Below, piece after piece: positions 40,990-54,219 of a stretch of 64,000 nt of DNA. The DNA comes from Octopus sinensis. Its lineage: Eukaryota. The stretch spans positions 95,232,001-95,296,000 of the forward strand of contig NC_043000.1 in assembly GCF_006345805.1 (NCBI RefSeq), in the 5' to 3' direction. The first letter of the stretch is position 1. Every line of letters starts with the position of its first letter. The notes under the pieces were generated by a model. The model was given only the letters and a program-made list of their open reading frames with translations. It ran no database searches and was not told where the DNA came from. A program made the translations under genes and the position numbers.

Positions 40990-41243
40990 ATAGTTATATA
41001 TATTAATAGTAATGGTAAGACACAAAAGAATAAAAGAGACCTCGATATTATGTAAATAGAGGAATTTATCTGTAATATAATATGTGACAATTATCGGTTG
41101 CCAAAATAAAACTCCGAGTTTCGGATGTCCGGGCGGAAAACTGCTCCGGCATCTCTTCAGTTATCGAGATGCCGGAGCAGGTTTCCGCCCCGACATCCGA
41201 AACTTGGAGTTTTATTATGGCAACCGAATAATTGTGACATATT
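40990..41243. mobile_element. Short fold-back pLTR hairpin (arms 41079-41155 and 41166-41243), same family as the 9.2 kb PLE terminus
   Basis: GGTTGCCAAAATAAAACTCCGAGTTTCGGATGTC...GGCATCTC / GAGATGCC...GACATCCGAAACTTGGAGTTTTATTATGGCAACC. Extra roughly 90 bp on the left; (TA)n on both sides. Confidence 0.85.
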
Positions 41244-41247
41244 ATAT

Positions 41248-41301
<54 letters not shown>

Positions 41302-41552
41302 TGTAAATCTGCTGATTTTATATATTCTTTTACTTGTTCTGTCATTTGATTTTCTATACTGGAGTACCGCCTTAAAGGTTTTTTATTCGAAGAAGTCGAC
41401 CCCACGACTTATTCCTTGTAAGCCTTCGACTTATTCTATCGATATCTTTTTTGCCGAACTGATAAATTACGGAGACGTAAACACACCAGATGGTTGTCAA
41501 GCAATGGTGATGGAGGGACAAACATAGACACAATACACACAAAAAAATATAT

Positions 41553-41614
<62 letters not shown>

Positions 41615-42782
41615 CGTGCTTCTTTCAGTTTCCATCCACTCACAAGGCTTTGGTCAGTCCCAGGTTATAGAAGAAGATATTTGCCATTTGCCTATGGTGC
41701 TACGCAGTGGTATTGAATCCGGAACCATGTGGTTGGGAAGCAAGCTTCTTACCACGCAGCCGATATATATATAGAGATATATATACTATATTATACTATA
41801 CTATACTTTACTATACATATATTATACCGCTATATTCTGCAAATTTTAATATGCATTTTAATATGCATTTCACGCTGAGCGAAATGCTTATGATGGTAGC
41901 AGTAATAGTCGTGGTATAATATGCCTGGAATGACTCTGATCATAGTTTAATATGATCGAAGCTAACCTAGAGCTAAATCACTACATTTGACGAGCTGGCG
42001 TCAATAAAGGTAGATAACTCACCTCGGTAGAAATAGGAACCAAACCTCCCACAAATTATACAGACCGTGACGGCTTGAGAAATACGGAGAGTACATTGGA
42101 TAATGTATTCCTGGATATTATATGTCTGGGATATAGACTAGAACGGGACGGTCACAGCTGGATTGTAACACCTTTTACTTCCGATCTACTTCATCGGGGC
42201 TGATCAAGGGAAACAAACAATATTAACAACAAAGACAATATCTTCTCTACGATTGTTTAAGTAAAACAATAAATACAACTTTGATTTTAAGTAGAAAAAC
42301 CGTTTAAAAATCAAAACAATAATAAAAACTAATAAAATTGAACCTATTGAGACAAGAACAATATCAGAATAGAAATAAGTACAATAAAACAATATCAAAG
42401 TGGTAATTACTTATTCTATTCTGAAAAACAATGGAATTTTTCCAACAACGAAAATTTTTGTAGACGAAAGCTGCCATTTTCTCATCGTTACACACATACA
42501 CACTCATAAATACATACACACATCCACACTTGTATAATGTTAATATAGAACTGTGTACGTGTGTGTGACCATATGTGTTTTTGTATGCATTTATGTATGT
42601 GTGTATGTATGTAAGACATATACGTACACATGACTGTATGTGCGGTTGTGTTTATGTACGTATTTATTATACATATAATATATCTATACATGTACGTATG
42701 TAAATGTATGTATATTGTTCATGTATCTAACACATTATTTGTGTGCATGTGTGTGTTTATACATACACACACCCACACCACA

Positions 42783-42860
<78 letters not shown>

Positions 42861-42957
42861 ACGCATAACATATGTATATGTGTATATAAACGTCATATAG
42901 TGTATATGTATATATAATAATATATATATATATATATAATATATTATATATATATAT

Positions 42958-43395
42958 ATATTATATTAAATTAGAGACAAAACCACTATTAGCAAATCAT
43001 ACAATGAAAAACTTAAGCCGATACATAAGATTATTTAATTTATATTATTTAAATATATAACAAAATTATTTAAAAAATATAATTAATATATCACTACGAT
43101 CGTTTCATGGCTGTTAATTTCTTTAAATTTTCAAGTTACAGTCATTCATTAGGTGGTTTAAATATTTATCTTGGCGAGGTTTAAACAATGATATATTAAT
43201 TATATTTTTTTAATAGTTTTGTTATATATTTAAATAATATAAATTAAATAATCTTATGTATTGGCTTAAGTTTTTCATTGTATGATTTGCCTAATAGTGG
43301 TTTTGTCTCTAATTTAATATAATATAACATTTTACTATAAAATTGGATTCAATCCTAATTTTTCCCTGTAAGTTTGGATTTTTCTCTCTAATATT

Positions 43396-43400
<5 letters not shown>
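42958..43400. mobile_element. Fold-back pLTR pair (about 135-bp arms, about 100-bp spacer)
   Basis: TATTAAATTAGAGACAAAACCACTATTAG... (42963) versus ...CTAATAGTGGTTTTGTCTCTAATTTAATA (43319). Extra roughly 75 bp on the right. An HHR remnant occupies 43090-43157(-). Confidence 0.85.
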
Positions 43401-43440
<40 letters not shown>

Positions 43441-43564
43441 ACCTGTACATCTCTTCAAAAACTATATATATATTATATATATATATGTGTGTAGTGGTCT
43501 GTATGAGATGAGTATACATACATGCAACTATGCAAATGTATTATGTATATACATACGTGTATAT

Positions 43565-43600
<36 letters not shown>

Positions 43601-43617
43601 ATATATAACATATATAT

Positions 43618-44478
43618 AAGTTGAGACATTCTTTATCCGAAATTCCTGGGGCCGAAAGTGTTGCGAATTTCAAATTTTTATATTTTCATCTATAAAATGA
43701 GACAGCTTAGTGATGGGACCCAAGTCTAAACACAATACCCATTTACATTTCATAATATTGTTTGTACATGTATCCTGAATGTAGTTTTATATACATTTTT
43801 AATAATTTGTTATACTTCTTACCATCAAAATTGTAATATATTAGTCTTCACTTACGATGTCATGCTTTGATTAAAGTTACAGTACAGATCTCATTCGAAA
43901 ACTTCGTTATTCGTTCTGTATAACGTTTTCCTATTTTTCGTACATCACTTTCAGTATAGAACTGTTACAGTTTGCCTATCTGGTTTTTTTTTTTTCAGGT
44001 CGTAAATAGTTGTTCTAATTCTTAACTACTCAGTTAGCTACTTCATCCTTACACCACTGTCAATTTTTTCAACAAGTTAACATTCTGTGTTATAGATAAA
44101 CATAAAGGTTTTCTCTTCTCTTTTCATTATTACCCATAGGGTTATGTGCAAGCCTCTTTTCAGACAGTTTCCACAATATCTTCAAACTACAGATTTTGAA
44201 ATCTATATCGTAGTGAACATTAAGGCGGCGAGAGCGGGTAGAACTGTAAGAAGCAGTTGTCACAGTGGGTAACGGGCGAAGATGTTACTGTGACGACTGA
44301 AACAAAATGCTGCCAAGCGGCCAGTTAATTTGAGATGAGAAATACCCACCCAGGATAGGTGAGCTCACCTCTCATAGCGGCACGCGAAAGCTGTATGTGG
44401 TGAAACTTTCCCAGTACTTTGTGGAATTTTCCGTTCGTGGCGTATCATGTCAGCATTCAAAAAATCTTGATACTCGTA
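43618..44478 (-). mobile_element. Internally deleted Tigger/pogo (Tigger4/Jerky-like) transposon
   Basis: Minus-strand remnant at about 44165-43970, corrected for frameshifts and stops: SEKRLAHNPMGNNEK-KRKPLCLSITQNVNLLKKIDSGVRMK*LTE*LRIRTTIYDLKK, a CENP-B/Jerky-type N-terminal HTH. Terminal sequence GTTGAG....TTATCCGAAAT resembles Tigger TIRs. Confidence 0.75.
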
Positions 44479-45089
44479 TTTTATTTTATTGACTATGGTG
44501 AGATGAAAGGTAAAGTTGGCCTCGGCTGGATTTGCAGGTAGAACGTAAAGAGCCGGAAAAGATGGACATTATAATACAAAGTGTAAGTCGCAAGTAAATG
44601 ATGCCATATGCGTACCGGATGAAATGTTCTATTGTCGGGTCAACTGTAAAAGGACCAAGATTGCATGACGCAACATGAAAGATTCCATATCAAAAATAAG
44701 CAAATTAACAGATTTTATGAAAAATTAAAAAGTGATTTGAATATATTTTTTCACGCCAATTGTAGCAAAGGCAGCGATGCAGTAGAATCATTTACATTCT
44801 GAATTCAAATTCCACCGAGGTCGACTTTGCCTTACATCCTTTCGGTGGCGGGGGGGTCTATAAAATAAGTACCAGCTGAAAACTGGGGTTGATGTAATAG
44901 ACTAGCCCGTTCCCCAAAAGTGCTTAGTGGCATTTCTTCTCACTTTACGTTCTCAGTTCAAATGCCGCCGAGATCTGCTTTGCCTTCCATCTCTTCATGG
45001 CTGATAAAATAAGTATCAGTTGAGCACTGGGGAGGGGGGTCACACGAAATTGCTGGCCTTTTGCCAAAATTTGAAACCAATATTTTAAC

Positions 45090-45830
45090 AAATATTATTC
45101 TCTACTCTAGGCACAAGGCCCGAAATTTGTCGGGAGGGGGCCAATCGATTAGATCGACCCCAGTGCGCAACTGGTACTTTATCGACCCCGAAAGGATGAA
45201 AGGCAAAGTCGACCTCGGCGGAATTTGAACTCAGAACGTAGCGGCAGACGAAATACCTATTTCTTTACTATCCACAAGGTGCTAAACACAGAGGGGGCAA
45301 ACAAGGACAGACAAACGGATTAAGTCGATTATATCGACTCCAGTGCGTAACTGGTACTTATTTAATCGACTCCGAAAGGATGAAAGGCAAAGTTGACCCC
45401 GGCGGAATTTGAACTCAGAACGTAACGGCAGACGAAATACCTATTTCTTTATTACCCACAAGGGGCTAAACATAAAGGGGACAAACAAGGACAGACATAG
45501 GTATTAAGTCGATTACTTCGACTCCAGTGAGTAACTGGTACTTAATTTATCGACCCCGAAAGGATGAAAGGCAAAGTCGACCTCGGCGGAATTTGAACTC
45601 ACAACGTAACGGCAGACGAAATACCTATTTCTTTATTACCCACAAGGGGCTAAACATAGAGGGGACAAACATGGACAGACATAGGTATTAAGTCGATTAC
45701 ATCGACCCCAGTGCGTAACTGGTACTTAATTTATCGACCCCGAAAGGATGAAAGGCAAAGTCGACCTCGGCGGAATTTGAACTCACAACGTAACGCAGAC
45801 GAAATACCGCTAAGCATTTCGCCCGGCGAA
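45090..45830 (-). repeat. Tandem array of four family A SINE units (periods 180, 184, 184 bp)
   Basis: (A/T)TCGACYCCAGTG at 45153, 45333, 45517 and 45701. Only the rightmost unit retains the 5' head. Confidence 0.9.
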
Positions 45831-47940
45831 TAGTAAAACGAATAGTAAAACTTGTAAGGTGACGAGCTGGCAGAATCGTTATCACGCCGGGTGAAATGCT
45901 TACCGTTATTTCGTCTGTCTTTACGTACTGAGTTCAAATTCCGCCGAGGTAGACTTTGCCTTTCATCCTTGCAAAGTCAATAAATTAAGTTCCAGTTGCG
46001 TACTGGGGTTGATCTAATCGACTGCCCCCTTCCCAGAAATGTTGGCCCTTGTACCTAGAAAAGAATATTGAAACTTGTGGTTTTGTTAAAGGATTTCTAA
46101 TTGTTATGAACAAACTTTTTTTAAATATAGAATTTTACAATTCTCTATTAAATTATATATGTTGTAAAATTTTATAATATTGATCTGCATTTGTAACTTG
46201 AATTATATATATATATTTTTTAGAAAGATTCACTGATTAACTGCCCTAGATTTTGAATACCTGCCTCGGATAATACTGATTATTCATATGTCACATTCAG
46301 TAGATTTGTATGCCATTTACATAATTGATAACTGTGAATTTTGTTCTCGTTGATACGTGTCCAGCTATCACAAAATGTTTGCTCTGACAGACTTACGATC
46401 ATTTCAACAGATATATTTTGCATATAAATTGATTTCGGACTGATTTAAAAACCTAGCGATTTTTTTAAATTCACAAAGTCCAGAATTTCTATTACTATAC
46501 ACAGACTCTCTACAAAGAAAGCGATACACACAAAGAAATGGCCCCAAAAAGTTATCTATAGTTATTATAGCTGTACACTTTATTGAAACAGACGGTTACT
46601 TTTAACAGATGCAACAATGTAATTATATTCATATATTGTGAAATTTATAACAGTAGAAAATTGAAGATTTTAATGCAGCAGAGAATTTTGAAAAAAATTA
46701 TTATGCCTTATTTGCATATTCAAGATTCCAATGCTTAGTTAGCTTCTTTGCATATTTAATGCAATGTTGTATCGGTCGTTCTTCTAAAATATGCAGCTGA
46801 AGAACAAGTAAGCGTATACCAAGTTTAATCAATGTGCTACTTACTAAACTCAAATTATTTCAATTATGCACGTTAATTAGCTTCACTTATTCATTTTCGA
46901 TCATCTCTACATTCGCAAATGAAGGTTTTGCTGAAATCTGCATTTTTCTAGAGTATCTTCTACAAATACGCAATAAATTAAACAGATGGTTTCTTTATAA
47001 ACTAAAGAACTCATGCAAATGTGTTACCTTTTAATAAATTTATGTAACAAGATTTTAAAATACAGTAGCTTGATATCTCAGAAAGACGAAAGCTTCTCTC
47101 TTTTTAGTGAAATTACATTTTATGGCAGGTTTTGCTCATACTGGAAGAAATTCAAATTGTTGTAATACCCAGAATGCGTTGCCTTATACAGGCTATGACA
47201 GAATAGCTTCTTAAAATTTACACGGCTATTGGTGTGATGCTAATAAAGTTAGGCAGGTGATAAAGGCGCCACCATGTAGCTGATGTCTCATCGTTTTATT
47301 GTATTTTTTAATTACGCCAGGATTTGAACCGGAGCACACCAAATGTCTATCAACAATAAACCTCTAGGAGGTTTATTTTTTACTTGCCCTCGTATAAATA
47401 TTTACTTTTTATCAAATGAAATTTCTTGCAAAAATATTTAAAATCTAACTAGCTTTGTGTGCAGCTCATGTATTTGAATTTGTCGTGTATAATACATACC
47501 TATGTTAGCATAGAAGTTACATTAGCACTAATTAATAAAAGCCAGGGAACGTGACCATTTAGCTCGTTGCGGTTTGAAATTGACTTTAATTGATTGAACA
47601 AACAGCAGACGATAGCTCCGAGGAGAAACATTTTAAGTAACCGTTGTGTGATAATAGACTTCAACAAACGTGTATTAACTATACTTCAATAGTTAATTCT
47701 GTTTAGAATTCTTTCTCTCTCTCCTTCTCTTTCTCTCTCCTTCTCTCCCTCTCTCTCTCCCTCTCTCCCTCTCTCCCTCTCTCTCTCTCTCGCTCTCTCT
47801 CACTCTCTCTCTCAGAGACAATTTGTTCGTATATCATTATAATGCGTGTGCTATATACAAATATATATTTCATGCGTGTATGTGTAAATGTGTGTGTATG
47901 TTTGTAGATAGGAATGTATGAGTTTCAAGATAATAATAAT

Positions 47941-47974
<34 letters not shown>

Positions 47975-47994
47975 GCAGCAGAAGCAGCAGCGGC

Positions 47995-48034
<40 letters not shown>

Positions 48035-48319
48035 ATGGAATACTTACAGATGCTTATGGGTCATGAATATTTGTTACTGGTGTTTATCAGTATTTCTGGT
48101 CAGAAACGTCTTCCTTACACATCGCCACAGTTCACCAAGCTGAGCTGTTATTAATACACGCCGCAGGAATTATTTAAGGATAATGCCTATAATAATATGA
48201 TACTGGATGTGCCAAGCGTCGGCTCTCTAGAAGGGTGAGAGTTTCAAATCTCCGAAGCAATATGTACTTAGATATTATTTAAGTATTGGTGATAAGGGGT
48301 GATCTTTATGAATATTTAG

Positions 48320-48743
48320 GGATCTTTTCACTTTGACCGGCAGATTTAAAAAATAATTTTTTGTAACTAAACACTTTTAAACTTCGTATACTGGTAGAAT
48401 GTGTCACATAAAACATATTTTTCTCTTGGCGTTCTTGAGAAAATTCTGTAGTTTGTAAGATATTTGTTGTTAAGTTTCTCGTATTTCGGCCAATCAGTGA
48501 CGTCTATTGAGGTGAATACAATTACTGCTGTTGTTTGTCACCTCAATAGACGTCATTGATTGATTGAAATTGCCGAAATACGAGAAATTTAACAACAAGT
48601 AGCTCACAAACTACAGAATTTTCTCAAGAACGTCAAGAGAAAAAGATGTTTTATGTGACACATTCTACCAGAGTACGAAGTTTTAAAGTGTTTAGTTATC
48701 TAGAAAGTATTTTTTAAATCTGCCGGTCAAAGTGAAAAGATCC
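48320..48743. mobile_element. 424-bp fold-back MITE with about 200-bp TIRs and 8-bp TSD
   Basis: GGATCTTTTCACTTTGACCGGCAGATTTAAAAAAT ... ATTTTTTAAATCTGCCGGTCAAAGTGAAAAGATCC. ATATTTAG at 48312-48319 and 48744-48751. Confidence 0.92.
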
Positions 48744-48984
48744 ATATTTAGCGATAGTTTTCATAGAAAAAATTATAAGAAAGAAAAATTAATAAAATAC
48801 CTTTCATTAAATAAATGCATAAAGGTAGTGTACTTTATATTTTTCATTTCACTAATGAAAAAAATAACAAAATGCTGATTCTTGGTAGTTCGGTATTTTT
48901 AGATGAGATCCTGTGAAAATAAATATTATTATATTTTGGTTAAGACATCCAAGACACTAATTAAACAGACGCATTGATTAGGTA

Positions 48985-49330
48985 TTATTTTCAGTCGTGT
49001 TTGTTTGTTTGTTTGTTTATTTGTCCGTGGACAAGATATCTCAAGAACCGCTGGATGGATTCAGATGAAACTTTCAGGGATGTTTGACCTCGTGAATGGC
49101 ACGAACTGATTATATTTTGGGATCGATCCGGTATCGGACAAGGATTCTGGATTATTTTTCCTCTTTTTTACTTAATTTTTGAGAGCGGTCGGGTTCATTT
49201 CTAGTATTCTTGTTTGTGAGAGCAGTCAAGTTTATTTCAGATATTCTCATTTTTAAAATAATTTCTGGTTAATCGTTGAGAGGACGTTGGTGTTGTCCTG
49301 GTGGAGGTTTGCGCTCTTTGAGTGCTCTTG
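48985..49330 (+). mobile_element. Helentron-associated (DINE-1/HINE-like) non-autonomous element
   Basis: (GTTT)n near the 5' end, GATATCTCAAGAACCGCTGGATGGATT..ATGAAACTT core, and 3' GGAGGTTTGCGCTCTTTGAGTGC. The family call is from memory. Confidence 0.55.
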
Positions 49331-49755
49331 TTTTTATTATTGCTTTCATTCCATAAAGCGGTGAGCTGGCGGAATTGACAGCATGTCAGAGAAAGTACTT
49401 AGCGGCATTTATTCTGTCTTTACCTTCTAGGTACAAATACTTCTGAGATCGACTTTGCTCTCATTCTTTCGGAGTCAATAAAATAAGTACCACAGAAGTC
49501 GATGTAATTGACTCGCCTGTTCCTCCGATGTTTCAAGCACTTGAGATAATAGTAGAAAAAAATTACTATTTTCATTCTAGTCGATTTATTCTTTTTGCCT
49601 ATTTCCATTTCGTAAATGAATGCAGCTCCAAGACGAAGTATTGTGTTTTGTTTTAAGTTAGTCTATTGTAATGTTATTACTACCCTCCGTAATATCTGTG
49701 TTATTTTCTATATATACTGTTATTTTCTATATGCTCTGTGTGTGTGGTGTTTTCG

Positions 49756-49818
<63 letters not shown>

Positions 49819-50353
49819 ATATATACATCTCTCTGTCATTTTCAAGTCTATCGGTACGGAGATTGGTTCTATTTGAAATCCCCAAACTCACAAAGTGATT
49901 ATTTTCAGGTCTTTATATAAATAGACAGTATTCCCATTTCTTTCATAAATAAATTCTCGGACGCTGAAATCAATGCATTTTGTGGGCGACATTTTCTTGT
50001 GGTATTTGACAATAACATCTAGATGTTTTCCTTTAATTTCTGTGCAAAAATACGTTCACATTTTCACTTTCGGACACTTTATCTGACTGATGATTTATTC
50101 TTTGTTTGTAGATATTCCTTAGCGATGCCATAGTTTACAGTGCATGAAACCTCTATATCGAGTTTCCTGTACAGTTCTTTTGTCAACTCTGATATTACGA
50201 CAGATGTGAATACACACACACAGCATATAGAAGATAGCACTATTTCATTAAATAAACCAGTCAAATAAAATTATGAATTACTGCAACCCTAATGAAACAC
50301 ACACATACAGACAGACTCACACACACACACGCAAGCACACACACACACACACT

Positions 50354-50407
<54 letters not shown>

Positions 50408-50470
50408 CATATATAAAATTGAAGAAATTGGAGCCAACACGAAGGAGTACAGCTGGGCAGTTATTTTCTA

Positions 50471-50576
50471 ATCGCTACAATTGTTTCGACGCAACGTAGT
50501 TCTCCGAAAGTACAAGTATTTGATTACGCAACTGTTTGTTTGCATAATGAAATCTAGTTCTGTTTCCTCAGGCGAT
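50471..50576 (-). ncRNA. Degenerate type I hammerhead motif
   Basis: ATCGC-CTGAGGA-[long, poorly paired helix II]-GAAA-CAATTG-TA-GCGAT: perfect 5-bp helix I and palindromic helix III (ACAATTGT). Confidence 0.55.
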
Positions 50577-52377
50577 ATGCAAGTGTTGTCTCAGTTAGTT
50601 TAAAATCGTTAATTTCAAGGCCATTACCTCCGTCCGACGTGGTTTGAATTCAATAGTAACTCATAGTGTGCGCTGCCAGGGTGCATTTGGTGGACTGCTA
50701 TGAATGGTAGCAGATGGCTACTATGGTTGTGTCACTGATCTGTTCTTCATGGTCGGCTATACATGTGAATTTCAGTGGTCGGTTACATACACACATACAC
50801 ACAGAAGCTCACGCATAAACTCCCACACACAAACCTATATATCTATGTGCCTATATACACACATACATACACTCACACATATATACATACACAAACATTC
50901 ACGTACATACGCGTATGTACATACATATAATTAGGCATCTATCTATACATACATATATACATATATATACATATGTATACATATATACATACACCAATCT
51001 ACTATAGTGTCCTCTACCATAGCCTCGGGCCCACCAGAGCCTTATTAGTGGATTTGATAGACGGAAACTGAAAGAAACCTGTTGTATGTTGATGTGTGCA
51101 TGTATGTGTGTGTATTTGTGTGAGTGTGTCTTTGTGTCTATATTTGTCAACCACCACCATCGCTTGACAACCGATGTTGGTGTGTTTACGTCCCCGTAAC
51201 TTAATAGCACGGCAAAAGAACCCTATAGAATAAGCATTAGGCTTACAAAGAATAAGTCCTGGGTCGATTTCCTCGAATAAAAAACCCTTTAAGGCAGTGT
51301 TCTAGCATGTCTACAGTCATATGACTGAAACAATTAAAATAATATTATGTATGTATGCGTGTATGTATGAATGTATGCATGCATGTATATGTGTATATAC
51401 ATCGGTAATAATAATACGATTACGCAGAAAAGAGCGAAGGGATTGTTCCTTAGTTTATTTATAAACAGGTATAGAAATTCTTCAGATTTTCCAAGCAAAT
51501 GAAATGGAATGAAATTAAAAGAAAACATTTACATTATCGTAAGCCGAACTGCCAGTGTCAGTTCCCGCCGTTGGTCGGCACCAGAGTAACGGCTGAAACA
51601 CGCGAGCGCGCCACCGTGCCACCGCACCGAGTCCTCGACGACTTGTATGTATATATATATGTGTGTGTGTGCGTAAGCGTGAGTGTGAGTGTGTGTGTGT
51701 GAGTGTATGTGAGTGTATAGCGCCCGACTCACAATCATGAGGTAGTGAGTTCGATTCCTGGATCGAGATGTGTATTCTTGAGCTCCAGTTCACTCCACTG
51801 TAGAAATGAGTTGAGACGTCACTGGCCAAGTTGTACTGGCCTTTGCCTTTCGGTTGCGTATAGAGATGAAGCTGGTATGCATAGGCGACTACTGATCCTC
51901 CATAAACAACCTTGCCCGGACTTGTACTTCGGAGGGAAACTTTTTAGGTGTAATCCCATAGTAATTCATGACTGAAGAGGCTCTTTACTCTATCGAATCC
52001 CTGATGAGTTTGCACGGGATCTCCTAACGACAATGTAAACTTCACATAATCAAGGTACTCATAGCCTGAAAGTAGCTTACGGTCTATCCCTCGTTTGCAT
52101 AATTTACTACTTCCGAAGTTCCGCTAGCTATGAAACAGATGTAGTCTGAACCTTACCTACCCCATTCCCTAAATTTTGATGTTTATTTGCAAATGCAACA
52201 ACGCTTGTTGCTAACAGTGAACTGTAAAATTAACTTTTTTCAGTTTATCGTACTTCAATAAGGGGAAATTCACAACCTTCTGCGCCAATATTTTTCTTGA
52301 AAGTTGTTTTTTATACCATCTACGGGTTGCTGGAAGCTCACTAACTTCCTACATCTTGATTTCTGGATCTTACCTTT

Positions 52378-52411
<34 letters not shown>

Positions 52412-52569
52412 TTTTTTTTTAATTCTATGTGTATTTATTCCCTCATGTTCTTTTCTGTTGAAGAGCATAGGCTAAACGTAAAAGATTTTTATCGCCTTCC
52501 TGAGCATCAAACTAATACAACTGCTTGTTATTTATACACCTAAATTCGTCTTTTTTTTCTGTACATTTC

Positions 52570-52667
<98 letters not shown>

Positions 52668-52988
52668 CATACATACATACATACATACCTACATACATAC
52701 ATACATACATACATACATACATGCATACATACATACACATATAAATAAAGTGAATATAACATCATTAAGGGATAAAAATGTCCAATGAATCATTGGTTTG
52801 TTACCTATCATTTAGTCGTGAATAGTAATATTTTTAAGTATAAAACTTTGTTTAAAACATTCAAATTCAAATTCAAAAAACGGAGAAGTAGCATTAATAT
52901 AATTTATTAACTGCAAAAACTTTCTAATTTATATTATATTATGCCACTTATAAATTATTTAATGCCACTTCTCCATCCATTTTCTGAA

Positions 52989-53028
<40 letters not shown>

Positions 53029-53033
53029 TATAT

Positions 53034-53081
<48 letters not shown>

Positions 53082-53143
53082 TATAGATATATATGTATGT
53101 ATGTATATATGTAATGTATATAATAATATTATAGATATATATA

Positions 53144-53181
<38 letters not shown>

Positions 53182-54165
53182 TCCTGTAACAAGCGGATTA
53201 TAAGTGGATAAACAGTGTATTTGGCTTTAGAATAACCCCCTTTAGCCCTTAATTATATGATATATATATATATTATATACACAGATCGATGATATAATAT
53301 TCCAATTTGCTGGCTAGAAAGCTTTAAACATAAAAACTCGTGTATTCAGTCTCGTTAAGCTGGAGTGCTTACGATTTGGCCAGCTAGTCGTTCTGCTTAC
53401 GTCTTTAAAAATAGAGGACATATTAATTGTTTTCGTGGACAGTGAAAAAGAGTGCATGGTTGCTGATGCAGTCCCAACACAGGACTGAAACATAGCATGA
53501 TTCTGATCGCCATGTTGAATCGCTAGCTTCTGCACGCATTTTTTTCTCTCCTTGTTTCTCTCCGTGTTTCTTTTCTGTGTATCTTTCTGTTGAAGAGCGT
53601 AGGCTCGAAACGTAAAGACTTGTTTTTTATATTATATTCCTGAGCGCCATACTAATACAATTGTTTGTTTGTACTCCCCTGCCTTCGTCTTTTGTTTATT
53701 TTCATAAAGCTTCCCGTTATACATATATAATATAATATATATATATAATACTCTTTACTCTTTTACTCTTTTACTTGTTTCAGTCATTTGACTGCGGCCA
53801 TGCTGGAGCACCGCCTTTAATCGAGCAACTCGACCCCCAGAACTTATTCTTTTGTAAGCCCATACTTATTCTATCGGTCTCTTTTGCCGAACCGCTAAGT
53901 AACGGGGACATAAACACACCAGCATCAGTTGTCAAGCAATACTAGGGGGACAAACACAGACACACAAACACATACACATACACATACATATATATATATA
54001 CGACAGGCTTCTTTCAGTTTCTCTCTGCCAAATCCACTCACAAGGCTTTGGTCGGCCCGAGGCTATAGTAGAAGACACTTGCCCAAGATGCCACGCAGTG
54101 GGACTGAAACCGGAACCATGTGGTCGGTAAACAAGCTACTTACCACACCCAGCCACTCCTGCGCA

Positions 54166-54219
<54 letters not shown>

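Noticed and set aside
45090-45830. CRISPR-like repeat array
   Set aside because: Units are whole 180-184 bp SINE copies without unique spacers, in a eukaryotic context.
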